Source: Squalus acanthias
Taxonomy: Eukaryota
Reading direction: 5' to 3'
Length of the DNA: 64,000 nucleotides
NCBI GenBank assembly: GCA_030390025.1
Contig: CM059432.1
Span: forward strand, 55,244,001-55,308,000
The notes below the pieces were generated by a model. It ran no database searches. It was not told where the DNA came from and worked only from the letters and a program-made list of their open reading frames with translations. This document shows, piece after piece, positions 1 through 12,235 of this stretch. Numbering within the stretch: the first letter of the stretch is position 1; each line of letters starts with the position of its first letter. Both the position numbers and the translations under genes were made by a program.

Positions 1-491
1 AGCTCAGACTGATGGGGTGAAAGTTTCCTGAGTCAGCTGGCTGTAAGGGTCTAATGTGAAATGAGTTTGGGTAGTTTCAATACACTTCCTAGTGGGCATT
101 GGTCTACAATACAAACTGTCCCTAATCCGGCGCGAAATGGTAATTTCACTCAGGCTGGCTGATATGGAAAATGGAAAAAATGTTACACCAATGCAATAGG
201 GGTGCTCCTCTGGGTTTTCTGTGGCTCTTCCGCCCATGAGCGGGAGAACCCCTGCAGTAAATATTGTTGGACAGAATAGAAGGAGTTTTACTCTTCAGTT
301 AGCTGTGAAATACCTGGAAAATTTGGTGCTGATACTGGATGCCTTAAATGGAAAATGTTCCATTCCCCAGACTAAACCTTGCTCACTTGATGAGCACCAA
401 ATGAAAATAAAATTCTTTAAAATATGTGTTATGTTTTCTTGTACTACTTAAATATGCCTTCAGTAATTTCCTTATCTGTGTTTTCTTAAAG

Positions 492-628
492 GTTGTCCAC
501 CTAAATGGAAGAATTTTAAGGATAAATGTTACTATTTCTCCGTTGATCTTGTTGAATTTGAAGAAGGAAAAAATCTGTGCAAAAACATGTCATCCAACAT
601 GATTATAATTAATAACCGCGAAGAACAG
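492..628 (+). CDS. COLEC12-like: Collectin-12-like C-type lectin domain, exon A (137 bp)
   Basis: ttttcttaaag| acceptor and |gtacc donor. Translates (G)CPPKWKNFKDKCYYFSVDLVEFEEGKNLCKNMSSNMIIINNREEQ, which matches the start of the COLEC12 CTLD as I recall it (GCPPHWKNFTDKCYYFS...INTREEQ). Not in the ORF track. Confidence 0.93.
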
Positions 629-1124
629 GTACCAAAAAAAAATCAAAACTTAAAATACCTCAATATTATTTTACTCAAATTTGAAAAATTCTTATTTGCT
701 TCAGAAATATCAAAAGTAAAGGACTAGAGGTTAAGGCACACTTGGTTTACAACATTTTTCTTTAACCTTTATAAATTGGGTTCAAATGGGGCCAAACAGA
801 TACAAATGTCTTGTTCTCTGAAAACTATTCAATTTTATTATGCAGTATAAGAAATTAAGAAAGCATGGAATACGAAAAGGCTATTTGAACCATCAAGCCT
901 ACTCTTTATAGACATTTTGCATGGGCTCTACCCAACCCATTTAATCTTTGTGGTTCTGCAATGTTTCTCCCTGGCTACCAAGTGTTACTTAAGCAAAACT
1001 CGAGAATATCTCATTAATCTTGCATTGTAATTGTTCATCTTTACTAATTGCCTTTCCTGATGGCATTACCAAGGTTCAGCAGTTCAGAAGCTGTTATATT
1101 CCTTCTCTCTCTGGACCTAACTTT

Positions 1125-1700
1125 TTTTTAATTCATTTTTATGGGATGTGGGCGTCGCTGACAAGGCCAGCATTTATTGCCCATCCCTAATTGCCCTTGA
1201 GAAGGTGGTGGTGAGTCACCTTCTGGAACCGCTGCAGTCCGTGTGGTGAAGGTACTCCCACAGTGCTGTTAGGGAGGGAGTTCCAGGATTTTCACCCAGC
1301 GACGATGAAGGATCGGCGATATACTTTTAAGTCAGGATGGTGTGTGACTTGGAGGGGAACTTGGAGGTGGTGGTGTTCCTATGCGCCTGCTGCCCTTGTC
1401 CTTCTAGGTGGAAGAGGTCGCAGGTTTGGGAGGTGCTGCCAAAGAAGCCTTGGCGAGTTGCTGCAGTGCATCTTGTAGATGGTACACACTGCAGCCACGG
1501 TACGCCAGTGGTGGAGGGTGTGAATGTTTAAGGTGGTGGATGGGGTGCCAATCAAATGGGCTGCTTTGTCCTGGATGGTGTCAAGCTTCTTGAGTGTTGT
1601 TGCAGCTGCACTCATCCAGGCAAGTGGAGAGTATTCCATCACACTCCTTACTTGTGCCTTGTAGATGGTGGAAAGGCTTTGGGGAGTCAGGAGGTGACTC
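1125..1700 (-). mobile_element. 3' fragment of a CR1/L2-group LINE (family B)
   Basis: Minus-strand MEYSPLAWM...KKLDTIQDKAA C-terminus, the same family as 33687-35910. Tail is the reverse complement of ...cacatcccat(a)aaaaatgaat. Confidence 0.9.
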
Positions 1701-2392
1701 TCAATCTCATTCCTAATCAGGTTTTAATAAACAAAATATCGATACGGTATTTTAATTGAACTTGAAACAATGGGACACGATCCTAGTGGTTAGAATGGGA
1801 TTGCACTTGCCAGTGCCTTCCAGTACTGACCCCACCAGAGTTTGCAGGTCAGAGGCAGGGCACCTAATTTGCATGGGGCAGGCAAGCACATCTCCAGCAC
1901 CTGCCTGCCTCATGCAACCAGAAAATCAGGCAGTTGCCTGCGATTGAGGGGGGCGCGTATGGCCAGGCCTCTTCCCCTCAGACCCCAACCATGTTAACTG
2001 CCTGTAGAAAGGTCCATTCGAAATATTGTAAAGAAAAAAATTAGCATTCTTCAAGGGTCCAGGCTGCTCTCGGGGCCAAAATATGCAAGTCAAGAAAAGT
2101 CAATGGACATACTCTTGAAAATTTAATTTTTGGATTTCAAGTAGCCATGTCATTTCCATTGTCCAGACAATGTGGCAAAGCAATTATAACAACTAATTCT
2201 AGGATGAATAAAACAGTAGAATACAACTTTACAGCAGCTATGCTAAGACTTCACAATGCATTGGCCAAGCCACACTTAGAATACTTTGTTCGGTTTTGGT
2301 CACCATACCACAACAATGTACTTGTGTCAAAAGGCATAAAAAAAGCAGCAAAACTGAGACCTATGACTATGGCGAAGGATGAAAGAAACTTA

Positions 2393-4545
2393 GGGGGGAA
2401 AGTTAGTGTGCGCCACGAGAATTGCTGGCGTCACCGGCAACTCGAGTTAACAGCCGCTGAAAATGGCCGCAGCGCTACCGGCCAAAAATTTGCACTGGGG
2501 GTTGGTGATGTGGAGCACAGCGCTAACTTACCGTGCAACGCCCTCCTGGTGGCGTTAATGGAGGCCTCCGACCCGAAGCTCCCGTCCACAGTCGGTGTTA
2601 CAGCTTCTTACAGCCACTAGGAGCGAGGCTGTGGAGTTCACAAGGCATTGTGGGCAATTAAAGGGGCTGTGAATTAAAGGGGCAATGCATCTAAAACTAA
2701 TAAAAATTAAAATCAAGTGAAAAAATGCATTTCTCAGCCCTTACTACCTTTCAAAAAAAAATAAACATTAAAATTAATTCCCAAATGGCAGTCTTCAGCT
2801 CTTCAAGCTGAATTATCTTCCACACCTAAAAAAATGGTAAAAGTGCTTCAGCACTAACACAAATGGCTCAGCAAGCCAGGGAAGGGGCACCCAGCATCTC
2901 GCACGCAGCACTCCAGCTTTGTGCAGGGGGTCAACATTGGAAGAGAGGTCCTCTACCCACAGGGACAAGGAGGCCCTCCAGAAAGAATGATGTGCCACCA
3001 CATCACCGAGGCCGTCACTGCCAGCAGTGTCGCCCCCACCACCTGGCTCCAGTGCCCAAAGAAGCTTCATGACCTCAGACCACTAGTCAAGGTCAGTGAA
3101 TGCATCTTCAAAAGCAGTCTCCTACCAACTGCATCACTAGCCTCACGCACTGCTCAATGCACGACTCCCGCCACCGCCCCCCCCCCCCCCACCCCCCATC
3201 ACTCACCAACCAACAATCTGTATCAATCACAAGGCACATCTCCCATTCCTAGCCTCACCTCACCCCCTTGGAGGAGACGGTGTAGGCCATTCTTGGCAGG
3301 GGCATGGCTGAGCCCTTGGCCAGCAGCAGGGCTAAAACGATACAAGATGCTGGTATCCTCATACGTTATCCTCCTTCTTGCTTTCCCGCAGTCCCCTCAC
3401 CACAACTCCACCCTTGTGCCTTCCTCATTGCACACACCCAAGAAATGCAGCCTGCCCAGCCAGTGGGTGACCAAAAAGAGGGAGAGGAGAGTGAAGAAGA
3501 ACAAGAAGAAGAAGATTGATTTGACACTCCCAGCCACCAGCTCCTCAATGTCAACCAGCAAGGCCATTTGCAGTGTCCCACACTGAAAGTCAGCAGCCTT
3601 CCACCAGCCATGCTGCAGCCATTGGGGTAGCACTGCGTGACATCAGTAGGATAGGAAAAGCCACACACAAGACAGCCACTAAGAGAATGCCTAAGGGTGA
3701 TGAGTTGATTTTTTGATGTCATATTGGATGGATAGATATATAAAGTTGGATTGGAAAGTTTGCTTTGTGGTGGCTTTTATTTCAGCATTGTGGCCAAGAG
3801 GACACTGTGATGGTCAGTAACAGAGGGAAGGTAAGGTGTGGGAGAAATGTTGAAAGGGGAATTGGGGTTGTGGTCACTGGGACCACAGGCGGATGATTCC
3901 ATCCCAGCTAACCCGGCCACAAAGAGCTGTCTGGGAGGCATCCTTCCATCTGCGTCCTCCTCTTCTGCTTCCTCCTCTTCAGCTTCCTCTTCGGCTTCTT
4001 TTTCTGTGTTTTCCTCTTCCCTCTCCAAGCGGATGCTGTAAATCTTAAATGCCAGCATAAAATGCTGGAATTACTCAGCAGCTCAGGCAGTATCTCGAAC
4101 TGAGTTGTGAACTCTGTTTCTCTCTCCACGGATGTTGCCTGACCTGTATTTGCAGCATTTTCTGTTTCCTCAGAGGCCTTCCTTTACCATCCGAGGCCTT
4201 GAAAGCATCCAGCAGCACGCCCTACACAATTAAAAACTTTTTACATCTACTGCAGCAAGCCACTACTTCAATAAAAAATTTTTAAAACCCTGTCCAAAAG
4301 CTTAAATGCAAACTTACCTGAAAAATATGTGTGTCCCTTTAAGAGGTGCTGACAGCTTTACACGCTGAGTTTCCTTGGCGTGGTTATGACCCAGCGCTGA
4401 ACTCAGAGCTAGGGTCGAAGTTTGCCGTGGTGACATTAAGTTGGCATTGCATACCGACTGAGGTCACCAATCCGCCATTTTTTTGCAGGGCGCTAATACT
4501 TATCGGCAGCGCTACAGGGAGGACCAAAATAGAGGACACCATGGG
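2393..4545. mobile_element. Degenerate PIF/Harbinger deletion derivative (Myb/SANT remnants on +, transposase tail on -)
   Basis: tta|GGGGGGAAAGTT left terminus. REVLYPQG...TWLQCPKKLHDL Myb-like fragments with frameshifts. 3580-3900 is homologous to 46350-46620. Right boundary approximate. Confidence 0.8.
4058..4170. mobile_element. Penelope-like terminal fragment in inverted arrangement
   Basis: aaaatgctggaattactcagcag... followed by its degenerate reverse complement. Same sequence as the termini at ~42780 and ~63200. Confidence 0.75.
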
Positions 4546-5427
4546 ACCCGCCCTTAATCTTTATGGTTTAGAAAAAAGATAGTTAAAGTATTTAAATGTG
4601 AAGCATAGATAAAGTAAACCCAAATTAACAATTCAAAATATGCCAGGAAAATAGGATCAGAGATCATGAATAATGAAGAGTAAATTTAAAACATATTGGC
4701 CTGGATTTTGCAGTCAGCGGCGAAGTGACGGTGCACGCTGCTGACCTCGAAGAAAGCTGTCCACAAGATCTAGCGATCTCTGTGGCGTGAATTTCTCTTT
4801 TCCCGACATTAATTTCATTCTGGCGCCACCTATAGTGGATCTCCAGCATCCAGCATCAAGCAGGCTAAGCAGCCAATCACATTGAAGAATTTTCACAGCG
4901 GGAACCCGGAAGTAAAAAGCACTGATTATCCTTCGCTTTTTAATCATTTTACAGAGAGCGAAATAAAGATGAGGACATACACATGGGATTAAGGTAGAAG
5001 GTGAAATATCATAAACAAACTTCAATTTTTTTTATTATTTCAAAAATTCAAGGGAATTTGTATCATAATGGAGAAATTTGACAGTCCACAAATATAAAAT
5101 TTGTTTTTCAGGGCCAAAGAGGTTGTTCAGCAGTAATTATGACTTAGTATGCTGTTAAAAACCCAGTTACACCCCATTCAACAAGGCTTAACTTTTTGGG
5201 GCTTTTTACAGCAAGATGAGAGCGTAAAAGGTGGAAGTTCATGTCAATTCAAGTGATTTGTAAGATTTTCATCTGTGAGGACTTCAACAGCACACCATGT
5301 GGAGGAGCAGGAAATCACTGACAGCAACTTCTGGATTTCTGCGTTTAACTGCGCCTGTGTGGACGCCAGAAGTTGCTGTCAGTTTCACAAAGTAATAACG
5401 GCGAATGAATATTTTATATCTGTCACA

Positions 5428-5715
5428 AAATCACACAATGCAGATAGAGGCCATTTCGGCCCATCAAGCCTGCACCGACACATATCCCACCCTATCCCCG
5501 TAACCCCACGTATTTAATCCCCCTAACACTAAGGGTCAATTTATCACAGCCAAATCAACCTAACCCGCACATCTTTGGACTGTGGGAGGAGACCGGAGCA
5601 CCCGGAGGAAACCCACGCAGACACGGGGAGAATGTGCAAACTCCACACAGACAGTCACCCAGATCCCTGGTGCTGTGAGGCAACAGTGCTAACCACTATG
5701 CCACCGTGTTGCCCT
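5428..5715 (-). mobile_element. HE1-type V-SINE (tRNA head, V domain, CR1-derived tail)
   Basis: Reverse complement gives a GGGCAACACGGTGGCATAGTGGTTAGCACTG tRNA-like head and a GGGTTTCCTCCGGGTGCTCCGGT..CCTCCCACAGTCCAAAGA V-domain core. Confidence 0.9.
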
Positions 5716-7247
5716 GGCTTCACAGTAGAAAACACAAAAAACATACCAGAAATAGTGGGAAAGCGAGCGTCTAATGAGAGTGAGGAATTTAAAGTAATTA
5801 ATATTAGTAAAGAAAAAGTTCTGGAGAAATTAATGGGACTAAAAGCCGGCAAATCCCCTGGACCTGATGACCGACAACCTAGGGTTCTAAAAGAGGTGGT
5901 TACAGAGATAGTGGATGCATTGGTTGTGACCTTCCAAAATTCTCTAGATTCTGGAATGGTTCCACTGGATTGTAAGGTAACAAATGTAACACCACTATTC
6001 CAGAAAGGAGGGAGAGAGAAAACTACAGGCCAGTTAGCCTGACATCAGTCGTCGGGAAAATGCTGGAATCCATTATTAAGGAAATGGTAGCAGGACACTT
6101 AGAAAATCGTAATGTAATTAGGCAGCGTCAGCATGGTTTTATGAAAGGGAAATCGTGTTTGACAAATCTGTTTTAGAGTTTCTTGAGGATGTAACTAGCA
6201 GGGTAGATAAAGGGGAACCAGTGGATGTAGTATATTTGGATTTTCAAAAGGTATTCAATAAGGTGCCACACAATAGGTTGTTACACAAAATAAGGGCTCA
6301 TGGAGTTGGGGGTAATATATTAGCATGGATAGAGGATTGGTTAAAGGACAGAAAACAGAGAGTAGGAATAAATGGGTCATTTTCAGGTTGGCAGGCTGTG
6401 ACTAGTGGGGTGCCGCAAGGATCAGTGCTTGGGCCTCAGCTATTTACAATCTATATTAATGACTTAGATGAAGGGACCGAGTGTAATGTATCCAAGTTTG
6501 CTGACAATACAAAGCGAGGTGGGAAAGTAAGCTGTGAAGAGGACATCTACAAAGGGATGTAGACAGGTTAAGTGAGTGGGCAAGAAGGTGGCAGATGGAG
6601 GGAAAATGTGAGATTATTCACTTTGGTAGGAAGAATAGAAAAACAGAATATTTTTTAAATGGTGAGAAACTATTAAATGTTGGTGTCAGAGGGATTTGGG
6701 TGTCCTTGTACACAAATCACAGAAAGTTAACATGCAGGTACAGCAAGCAATTAGGAAGGCAAATTGTATGTTGGCCTTTATTGCAAGGGGGTTGGAGTAC
6801 AAGACTAAGGAAGTCCAGTTGCAATTGTACAGAGCTTCGGTGAGACTACACCTGGATTACTGTGTACAGTTTAGGTCTCCATACCTAAGGAAGGATATAC
6901 CTGCCTTAGAGGGGTGTAAAGAAGGTTCACTAGATTGATTCCTGGGATGAGAGGGTTGTCCTATGAGGAGAGATTGAGTAGATTGGGCCCATACTCTCTT
7001 AGAGTTTAGAAGAATGAGAGGTGAGCCCAGTGAAACATATAAGATTTTTAAAAGGCTTGACATGGTAGATGCTGAGAGGCTTTTTCCCCTGGCTGTGGAG
7101 TCTAGAACTAGGGGGCATAGCCTCAGGATAAGGGGTCGGCCATTTAGGACTGAGATGAGGAGAAGTTTCTTCACTCAGAGGGTTGTGAATCTTTGGTATT
7201 CTCTACCCAAGAAAGTTATGGATGCTCAGTTGTTGAATATATTCAAG

Positions 7248-7419
7248 ATGCGGAGATGCCGGTGTTGGACTGGGGTGGACAAAAGTGAGAAGTCGCACAA
7301 CACCAGGTTATAGTCCAACAGCTTTATTTGAAATCACAAGCTTTCGGAGCGCTGCTCCTTCGTCAGGTGATTTCTTGTGATTTCAAATAAAGCTGTTGGA
7401 CCATAACCTGGTGTTGTGC
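7248..7419 (-). mobile_element. Short Penelope-derived insertion with inverted repeat and 13-bp TSD
   Basis: Flanked by GAATATATTCAAG at 7235-7247 and 7420-7432. Contains 48-bp inverted arms (7293-7340 / 7374-7421, one mismatch). Confidence 0.85.
7330..7374 (-). ncRNA. Minimal type I hammerhead ribozyme
   Basis: Minus strand reads GAAAUCAC-CUGACGA-A-GGAGC-AGC-GCUCC-GAAA-GCUU-GUGAUUUC. It has an 8-bp stem I, an intact core, a 5-bp stem II, a palindromic AGCU stem III and a CUU triplet. Confidence 0.88.
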
Positions 7420-8067
7420 GAATATATTCAAGGCTGAGATCGATAGATTTTTGGACTCTAAGGGAATCAAGGGATATGGGGATTGGGCGGGAAAGTGGAG
7501 TTGAGGTCAAAGATCAGCCATGATCTTATTGAATGGCGGAGCAGGCTCGCGGGGCTGTATGGCCGACTCCTGCTCCTATTTCTTATGTTCTTATGACAGG
7601 TTCGCTGTGATTACAACTGCAAATTCTGGCTATAATGAAAGACTCCTTTGAAGAGTGCTAAATGTTTACAATGGTCTGCCATGAAGGCAAGTAGGGAAAA
7701 AGCATTGAGGTTATACAAGAAACACTCCAATGCTATAGTGAGAGAATTAGGGTTCTAGAGGTCTGGGCTTTGAGATCTGAGTGACATTTTTTCATCCCTA
7801 ACTTTTCTTACATTATCTTCTGTAATTATGTGGTCGGAATCATAGTTAAATAATCTGCTTGCATTACATTATACATTTGTCTAAGCACATTTAAAAAACA
7901 ACTTAATTCTCTTAGAATTATTTTCTCCAATGACAAAAGATGAGTTCTGAATCTCTCTTCATAACAAGGGCTCCAAATCCCACAAGTATCGTATTGGTTT
8001 TCTCTGAACCCTCTCCAATGTCTCAATATTCCTTTGAAAATAGGAGGCAGGATTTTTCTTTTCTTTA

Positions 8068-9962
8068 CTGTTCTGACAAAAGGGCATCGACCTGAAACGT
8101 TAGCCGGAATTTTGCTGGTGCTCAGCGGATGGGATCGGTGGCGGGTCAGCAGTTAAACGTGAATTGATTGACAGCCGGTTGGGAACTCGCTGTCACATCA
8201 CGCATACTTGCCTTTCCCGATGTTGGGTCCACCAGCGCTGAGCAGATCCGACAGGCAGAGGTGGGGAAGCCAATTTAAATGATTAGTGGCTTGTTTATAA
8301 CCACTTAACAATGGTTTTAAACTTACCTTTTGAATTTAACAGCGCGCTCATGGGTTTCACACTGTTGCTAGACCACGTCTGTGAAGCTGAGGCGGGAGGT
8401 CAGTGGCCATTGAATCAGCTGATGAGTTGACAGCTTTAAATGTCAAGTAAAAGCTCCCACCTTCCAGAAATATCTTCCCTCAGCCACAAGCTCTTCCTCA
8501 CTGCATTTCCACAACAGATTCACCATGCTGCAAGTCTTTAAACAAGTCTCCATCCAATCTGACCTCATTACCTCTCTCACCATTGACAGATCACTTCTGT
8601 CATCTCCACTGCACCTGCCATCTATTCCATCAGCATGGGTGGCCCTTTATACTCTCTCACCTTGATCCTCAGAATCCGACCACGATCAGCCCCAACACCA
8701 GCAGCACCAGGCACACCAGCAGCACCAACAACAACATCAACCTTCTCTGCAATCACCTGATGCTGCACAGGACACAGGGCATCAGCACCCGAGCACATTG
8801 CTGCCCGGGACACCAGGGATGGCCTCACCATGGCCACATTTACTTCACTTGACACTGCACACTCTGGGTGCCACATGATGCGGCAGGTTGGCACCACCCC
8901 ATACCAACAACATAAAGCATCCCTACAATGCCCAAGCCATTCCTTTCACACTCATCAGCATTGCGGGGGGTACAGTTATGTTTCACCATTAACTGCAACT
9001 CACTAAGCCACTTCCAAAGGTGCACACAAATCTGTCCAAGAATGCAAAGTGTTGAAAATAAAGTTTTCAATGTTTGACAGCACATTAACAGAAACTTTTC
9101 ACGAACATCGGCTAAAACACCCAAGTGCCTACCCTTGTGTGTTGTTAGTTGGTATGATTGCACTAGGATGAGGGTGTGTGTGAGGGGTGACTAGTGAGAT
9201 GGGGATGTGATAATGTAGATAGAGAGGGATAGGTGGAGGTGCAAGGTAAGTTGGTGTAAGGATGTGCAGGAGTAGGGTAGGGAAGGCAGAGTGATGGGGA
9301 TGTGATGAGTGGCACAGCAGGATGAGGTTGAGTGTGGCTTTGTACTAACGTTTCATGATCTAATGAGATCATTGAAAGGTTTGTGCCACTGCACCCAGGC
9401 CCTCCTGACAACATCCCTGCTTGTGCCCTCCTTTGCAATGTGCAACCAGGCTGTGTTGGTGTCCTGGGGAAGTGTCTTCTGCCCATAGGAAGGGAAGAGG
9501 ATCTCCCTGCGTGCTGTGACTCCCTTCATAAGCATATGGAGGGAGTCACGGGAGAGCCTGTGTGCAGCTCTGTGCCATTGTGCAGTGCTTGTCAGTGTTT
9601 GCAGCACCTCAATGCTGTAGAACACTGACAGCACAATTGTCAAAATCAATTTGTGCCTGGTCCCTTTAAGCAAACTGTCTGATGACGCATCATCAAATGA
9701 CATCACCAGACCCGCTTCCTCTAATTGGCCGGGAAATGCGCTGGGCGGGCTTAACAAGCCCAATCAACTGAAATTCATTTCAGACAGCGGGATGGAGACA
9801 GCAGCGGGGTCGGGATCCATCACGGACCCGCCAAGGTCAGCAAAATCGCGGCCGTTAACTCAGTTTCTCTCTCCGCAGATGCTGCCTGACCTGCTGAGTA
9901 TTTCCAGCATTTTCTGTTTTTATTTCAGATTTCCAGCATCTGAAGTATTTTGCTTTTGTTTT
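8068..9962 (+). mobile_element. Penelope terminus with a degenerate hammerhead, split by the Harbinger (pieces 8068-8101 and 9854-9962)
   Basis: GTT-CTGACAA-AAGGGCATCGACCT-GAAACGTT | insertion | GTTAACTCAGTTTCTCTCTCCGCAGATGCTGCCTGACC rejoins into the same terminus seen at 42780-42864. Confidence 0.85.
8102..9853. mobile_element. Non-autonomous Harbinger (double-deletion derivative)
   Basis: TIRs AGCCGGAATTTTGCTG / CAGCAAAATCGCGGCC with a 3-bp duplication (GTT). Transposase N- and C-terminal remnants on +, Myb exon 1 on - (9350-9600). Homologous to 26097-30009. Confidence 0.9.
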
Positions 9963-10655
9963 ATGGGATTTACCATAGTTTTGGGAGTCACGTTCTGTAA
10001 TTTTGTTCATTTTTCCATGAAAACCACAAATAATTAATACAAGGTTAGAATGAATTCTTTTCAGCTATAGTCCAACGCTTTTCCCAGTACGTGGCTACCT
10101 TTGTTGCTTCAACTTCATATTGACTGGATGCTTTCAGTGAATGGTAAATATTCCAACCTAAATCATTTTCCACTTCTGCCTTTGATAATGGACTCCATTC
10201 ATCATGGACATGTTTCACATTTTCATTTCCAATTATGTACCATTATTTAGCCCATTTGCCTAATTAGTCGAATCTTTCGGACCACGATGCTAGCGTGTGA
10301 TTGGCTTGCTGCGACAGGAGGTACTTAATCCAACAGCAGATTGATAAATCCACATGTTTGTGGGTTTAGAATACCTTGGACTTTTTATCGGTCAGCTTGT
10401 TTATGTTTACAAGTGCAACTGATGATGCCACACACCTCTCACCTGCATTCCTCTACGTTAAAAGCACTTTAAGAGCAAATATTGACTAACTGAAGCACAA
10501 CTTTAATGTAATAAAGTATTTCCGACAGAGTTTTAAGAAATGCTGCTATATTATACACTATTTTGCAAAATGTTGAAAATGCTAAGTCATTTTTTGATGT
10601 TCTACATAATATATATTTATTTACAGTGCTAATAATTTGTGTATTGATATTACAG

Positions 10656-10765
10656 CAATGGGTGAGAAAGCAAATGAATGGAATAAATTACTTTTGGATT
10701 GGTCTGTCAGACACTGAGCAACAAAATGTATGGAAATGGGTGGATGGAACCATTGCAGAATACAC
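10656..10765 (+). CDS. COLEC12-like: Collectin-12-like CTLD, exon B (110 bp)
   Basis: tattacag| ... |gtatgt. QWVRKQMNGINYFWIGLSDTEQQNVWKWVDGTIAEY(T) carries the WIGL and WKWxDG CTLD motifs. Phase 0 start fits exon A. Confidence 0.95.
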
Positions 10766-11836
10766 GTATGTGTACATTCTACTCTAAAATGTAATAATGC
10801 TAAGTAGGAATGATCATTTATTCATGTAAATCTAATCAACAACATTGTTCTACTTAAAGTTAAATATGTTCTGGTTTATGATATTCATACTATATACCAC
10901 AATTCTGCTCAAGTTATAATGACTTCCAGTAAAAAAAATGACAGGATCAGCATGTTTATCCAGTGAGTAGCTGAGCCAAAACAATAAATTTTATAATGCT
11001 CACACCACTGGCAGGGTCTTACGTGCAGCCAGTGCACATCAGAAAATCATGGGTAGCACAATTTTCTGGTAAGTGCTGTCTGCAGAGAGGTCCCACTAGC
11101 AGTGCAGGTCTTGCAAAATTTACCTTATAACACCAGGAAGGTTTGATCTCTGATTTGTGCTGAATTTCTGGCTCATGGTATGCCTCAGATGTGAAACCGA
11201 TTTCTCATGCAGTGAGCTCCTAATCTAATCCCCAGGTCTCCGAACAAGCAGAAGTGAGGTGCTTTCAACTAAAAGAGGGAAAATCAGTAATGGATCACAT
11301 GCAAGCTTTACTGCCAATTATATATTGACATTGTCAGACAGTACGTCATCACCTGACCCCTCAGATGAAGCTGAATAGAGAAAATATAGGCACAGCGGGA
11401 TGGAAGGGCAGCAAAATAAAGTAAAGTCAGATATGAGAAAATTTTGAGGGACTAAATGCCACAGTAGGTTACTATAATACCGCTCTTTCACCTATGGAAA
11501 CTAGATAAAAATCCCACCTCAGGCAGATAGAACAATAACCGAAAACTTCCATTATATGGTTCATGGGTAAATGCCCTGCACGGTGTAGCATTGAGCCATA
11601 CAGACTGGAAAGTTCCAGATTCAACCCCTTATCTGCAATGTTTAGTTTGTCTGAATCAGACCAGTGATGAGGCACTGCAACTGGCCACGAAAAAAAAATT
11701 AGAAGGAACATTGCTCGGGATACCCAACAGCTGAAGGGAGACGAGAACTGCTGGATCAGCAGGTAAGTGCTTTTCCAGCACTGCTTGTGGGCCAGGAGGA
11801 GCAGCAGTGCTTCCCCCCGGCCCCACAAGTTTATCT

Positions 11837-12235
11837 GCCGTGATTGGCCAAACCCCCGCCCCGTGATCGGCCAAACCCCCGCCCCGTGATCGGCCAAACC
11901 CCCGCCCCGTGATCGGCCAAACCCCCGCCCCGTGATCGGCCAAACCCCCGCCCCGTGATCGGCCAAACCCCCGCCCCGTGATCGGCCAAACCCCCGCCCC
12001 GTGATCGGCCAAACCCCCGCCCCGTGATCGGCCAAACCCCCGCCCCGTGATCGGCCAAACCCCCGCCCCGTGATCGGCCAAACCCCCGCCCCGTGATCGG
12101 CCAAACCCCCGCCCCGTGATCGGCCAAACCCCCGCCCCGTGATTGGCCAAACCCCCGCCCCGTGATCGGCCAAACCCCCGCCCCGTGATTGGCCAAACCC
12201 CCACCCCGTGATTGGTCAAACCCCCGCCCCTTGAT
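11837..12235. repeat. 23-bp GC-rich minisatellite, about 17 units
   Basis: Unit CCCCGTGATCGGCCAAACCCCCG, nearly invariant, with a few ATTGG variants. It produces the 23-aa periodic ORFs in all three minus frames. Confidence 0.97.

Larger units (their letters stand above)
5716..7595 (+). mobile_element. 5'-truncated CR1 LINE, frameshifted ORF2 RT
   Basis: [27 protein letters not shown] and SRTRGH motifs. Ends in a (ttcttatg)n tail. Confidence 0.95.
4698..7631. mobile_element. Harbinger-type MITE interrupted by a SINE and a CR1 (5428-7595)
   Basis: Left GGCCTGGATTTTGCAGT and right ACTGCAAATTCTGGC form imperfect TIRs. Confidence 0.65.

Noticed and set aside
5660..5715. tRNA gene
   Set aside because: tRNA-derived SINE head with the B-box region deleted and no complete cloverleaf. 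The head at ~39013 is likewise part of a SINE.
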